In this document: positions 62,809-64,000 of the stretch, one piece after another
Layout: every line of letters starts with the position of its first letter
How positions within the stretch are numbered: position 1 is the first letter of the stretch
DNA from: Nitrososphaerota archaeon
GTDB lineage: Archaea > Thermoproteota > Nitrososphaeria > Conexivisphaerales > UBA164
DNA length: 64,000 nucleotides
NCBI GenBank assembly: GCA_009903795.1
Contig: WYER01000031.1
Span: 40,080 to 104,079 of the forward strand
Direction: 5' to 3'
Notes under the pieces: model-generated
Told to the model about the DNA's origin: nothing
What the model saw: the letters and a program-made list of their open reading frames with translations, nothing else
The model's database searches: none
Position numbers and translations under genes: made by a program

Positions 62809-63798
62809 TTAGTATTTTAATATCTCGTTACTTACAGAATAATCGATTATGTTTTCCGCTATGTCTGAAGTATACTCCGCTATTCTCTCAAAGTGCTCAA
62901 TGATATTTTGAGGAATTGAGGCATAGTTTTCCATTTCTTTTCTGATTTCCTGTACATAATCTATTATCTCGTTAGCTTTAAATTTGTCTTGAGAAACAAG
63001 GGCTTCATAGGACTTTTCAAAAACGCTCAAAACCTTTTCATAAAGATTTTGAAGTTTTTTCCTATCGCTTTCAGAAATGCTAAAACCTCTGATAGATGCT
63101 ATGCTTACAGCGTGATCTGCAATTCTTTCTATATTTTTAAGCAAACTTTTAGATATTAATATATGAACGTCTTTGGTTAATCCAAAACTTTGAAGCATAT
63201 CTTTGTTGTATACAACCTCATTAAGAACTCTAATGCCGTAGAAATAAAATTTATCAACTTCTGTGTCTGAACTTATGACTGATTCTCTTATATCTTCGTC
63301 ATCATTTATTAAAGCAGAATATGAGTCCTTAACCATGTTCAGGGCTATGGTATGCATTCTCCTTATCAACCCAAACAAATTCATAGATGGCCATGAAACG
63401 AGCTCTTGGAAAGTTATACTCTCTAAGGATTCTTCGACAACTTCAATTCCTATCATGATATCTTTCGCATACTTTTTCAGCTCATCTTTAAGTGTAGCTG
63501 GAAGCTTTTTTTCTTTAGCTTCAACCTTTATTGATCTCGCACCAAGAAGATAAGCTGAAATGAACATTCGAATAATTAGAGATACACTTTCATCTTCTGA
63601 AACTTTTATAGTATACTCAAGTTCTTCTTTTTCAGAAACTTTTTGTGAAGGATAAATAGACAGCTTTGAACCCTCTAGTTCAACAGTCAAAGGGTCTGAT
63701 TTCTCTAACTTCAGATCTTTAATCCAGTTTTTTGGAAGAACTATAGCGTAGGAAGAATTTCCTGTCTTTTGAAGCCGTCTTAATATCTTTTTTGCCAT
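62809..63798 (-). CDS. phoU: phosphate uptake regulator: AbrB/SpoVT-like N-terminus plus PhoU-like repeats
   Basis: LQKTGNSSYAIVLPKNWIK N-terminus. Two helical PhoU-like halves (..ERIADHA.., ..ERIAEYTSDIAE..). Confidence 0.7.
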   Translation of the reverse strand: MAKKILRRLQKTGNSSYAIVLPKNWIKDLKLEKSDPLTVELEGSKLSIYPSQKVSEKEELEYTIKVSEDESVSLIIRMFISAYLLGARSIKVEAKEKKLPATLKDELKKYAKDIMIGIEVVEESLESITFQELVSWPSMNLFGLIRRMHTIALNMVKDSYSALINDDEDIRESVISSDTEVDKFYFYGIRVLNEVVYNKDMLQSFGLTKDVHILISKSLLKNIERIADHAVSIASIRGFSISESDRKKLQNLYEKVLSVFEKSYEALVSQDKFKANEIIDYVQEIRKEMENYASIPQNIIEHFERIAEYTSDIAENIIDYSVSNEILKY

Positions 63799-64000
63799 AA
63801 ATAATTATTTTTTGCATAAATAAATATTTATTCAGGCATTTTTATTTTTAACTTTACCAAATTAAGGTAGCAAAAAGTCTTTTGTAAAGCAGATCAAAAC
63901 TTTTATCTGATTTTATAATGAGCTTAACAATTTTATGAACAGCTTTCCTTTGGTAAAGGAGCTGAGTCAAACGTGCTGACTTTCAAAATTTACTTAAGTT

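Noticed and set aside
259-63553. Numerous 60-145 aa ORFs antisense to or nested in long genes (for example 259-447, 903-1175, 1501-1773, 10536-10807, 12055-12348, 22187-22530, 28867-29160, 33611-33917, 42062-42418, 50053-50409, 51544-51837, 55818-56111, 59280-59663, 63263-63553)
   Set aside because: They overlap well-supported genes on the opposite strand or in another frame. Their composition is biased (Ser/Leu/Phe-rich), and they lack the T/A-box-plus-20-nt start context.
1-64000. A G+C composition difference between the accessory left part and the housekeeping right part
   Set aside because: The visual impression did not hold. Hand counts of sample 60 nt lines gave 37-38% on the left (3301, 13021, 24001) and 38-40% on the right (38161, 46081). 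A proper k-mer or codon analysis is needed before making any claim.

Overview
Archaeal chromosomal window. Evidence for archaeal origin: T/A boxes about 20 nt upstream of start codons (leaderless style), class III signal-peptide pilins, ESCRT-III/Vps4, Kae1/Bud32 and aIF1A. Gene content hints at a Thermoplasmata-like organism, but the taxon cannot be proven from this sequence. All protein calls come from reading motifs in the supplied translations; no database search was run. The right part (about 36-64 kb) is mostly housekeeping: tRNA-Pro(GGG), a trp operon (trpB-A-D-F-E-G-C on the minus strand), MFS transporters, a TrmB-like regulator plus two ESCRT-III-like genes plus Vps4, Bud32/Kae1, MoaE/MoeA, AMMECR1, aIF1A, and a phosphate transporter with a PhoU-like regulator. 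The trp operon is visibly damaged: trpB is split by a tnpB-only IS200/IS605-type element and carries a homopolymer frameshift, and trpE carries another homopolymer frameshift. The left part (about 0-36 kb) is an accessory mosaic. It holds two clusters of type IV pilin-like genes (eight proteins with class III leaders), one TadC/FlaJ-like platform protein and two giant repeat-rich surface proteins. It also holds two dNMP-kinase-like P-loop paralogs, a free-standing splicing-dead intein-like LAGLIDADG endonuclease, DUF932-like, PAPS-reductase/DndC-like and ParB-like proteins. The most unusual item is a 2.7 kb cassette bounded by about 66 bp inverted repeats. It encodes a T4SS coupling-protein/HerA-like ATPase fused to a wHTH and a PD-(D/E)xK-like domain, followed by a small membrane protein, and is preceded by a symmetric array of ORB-like 15-mers. 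Recurrent non-coding modules are also present: a 3 x 19 bp iteron array upstream of three small genes, a shared terminator-like cassette behind six genes, and two divergent gene pairs that each share one central T/A box with identical geometry. The IS family occurs as two full copies, one tnpB-less mini-element retaining the presumed omega-RNA region, one solo left-end-like sequence and one decayed divergent copy. No rRNA, CRISPR array, integrase, Rep/Orc/MCM, relaxase, VirB4 or PilB/FlaI-type ATPase was recognised in the window.
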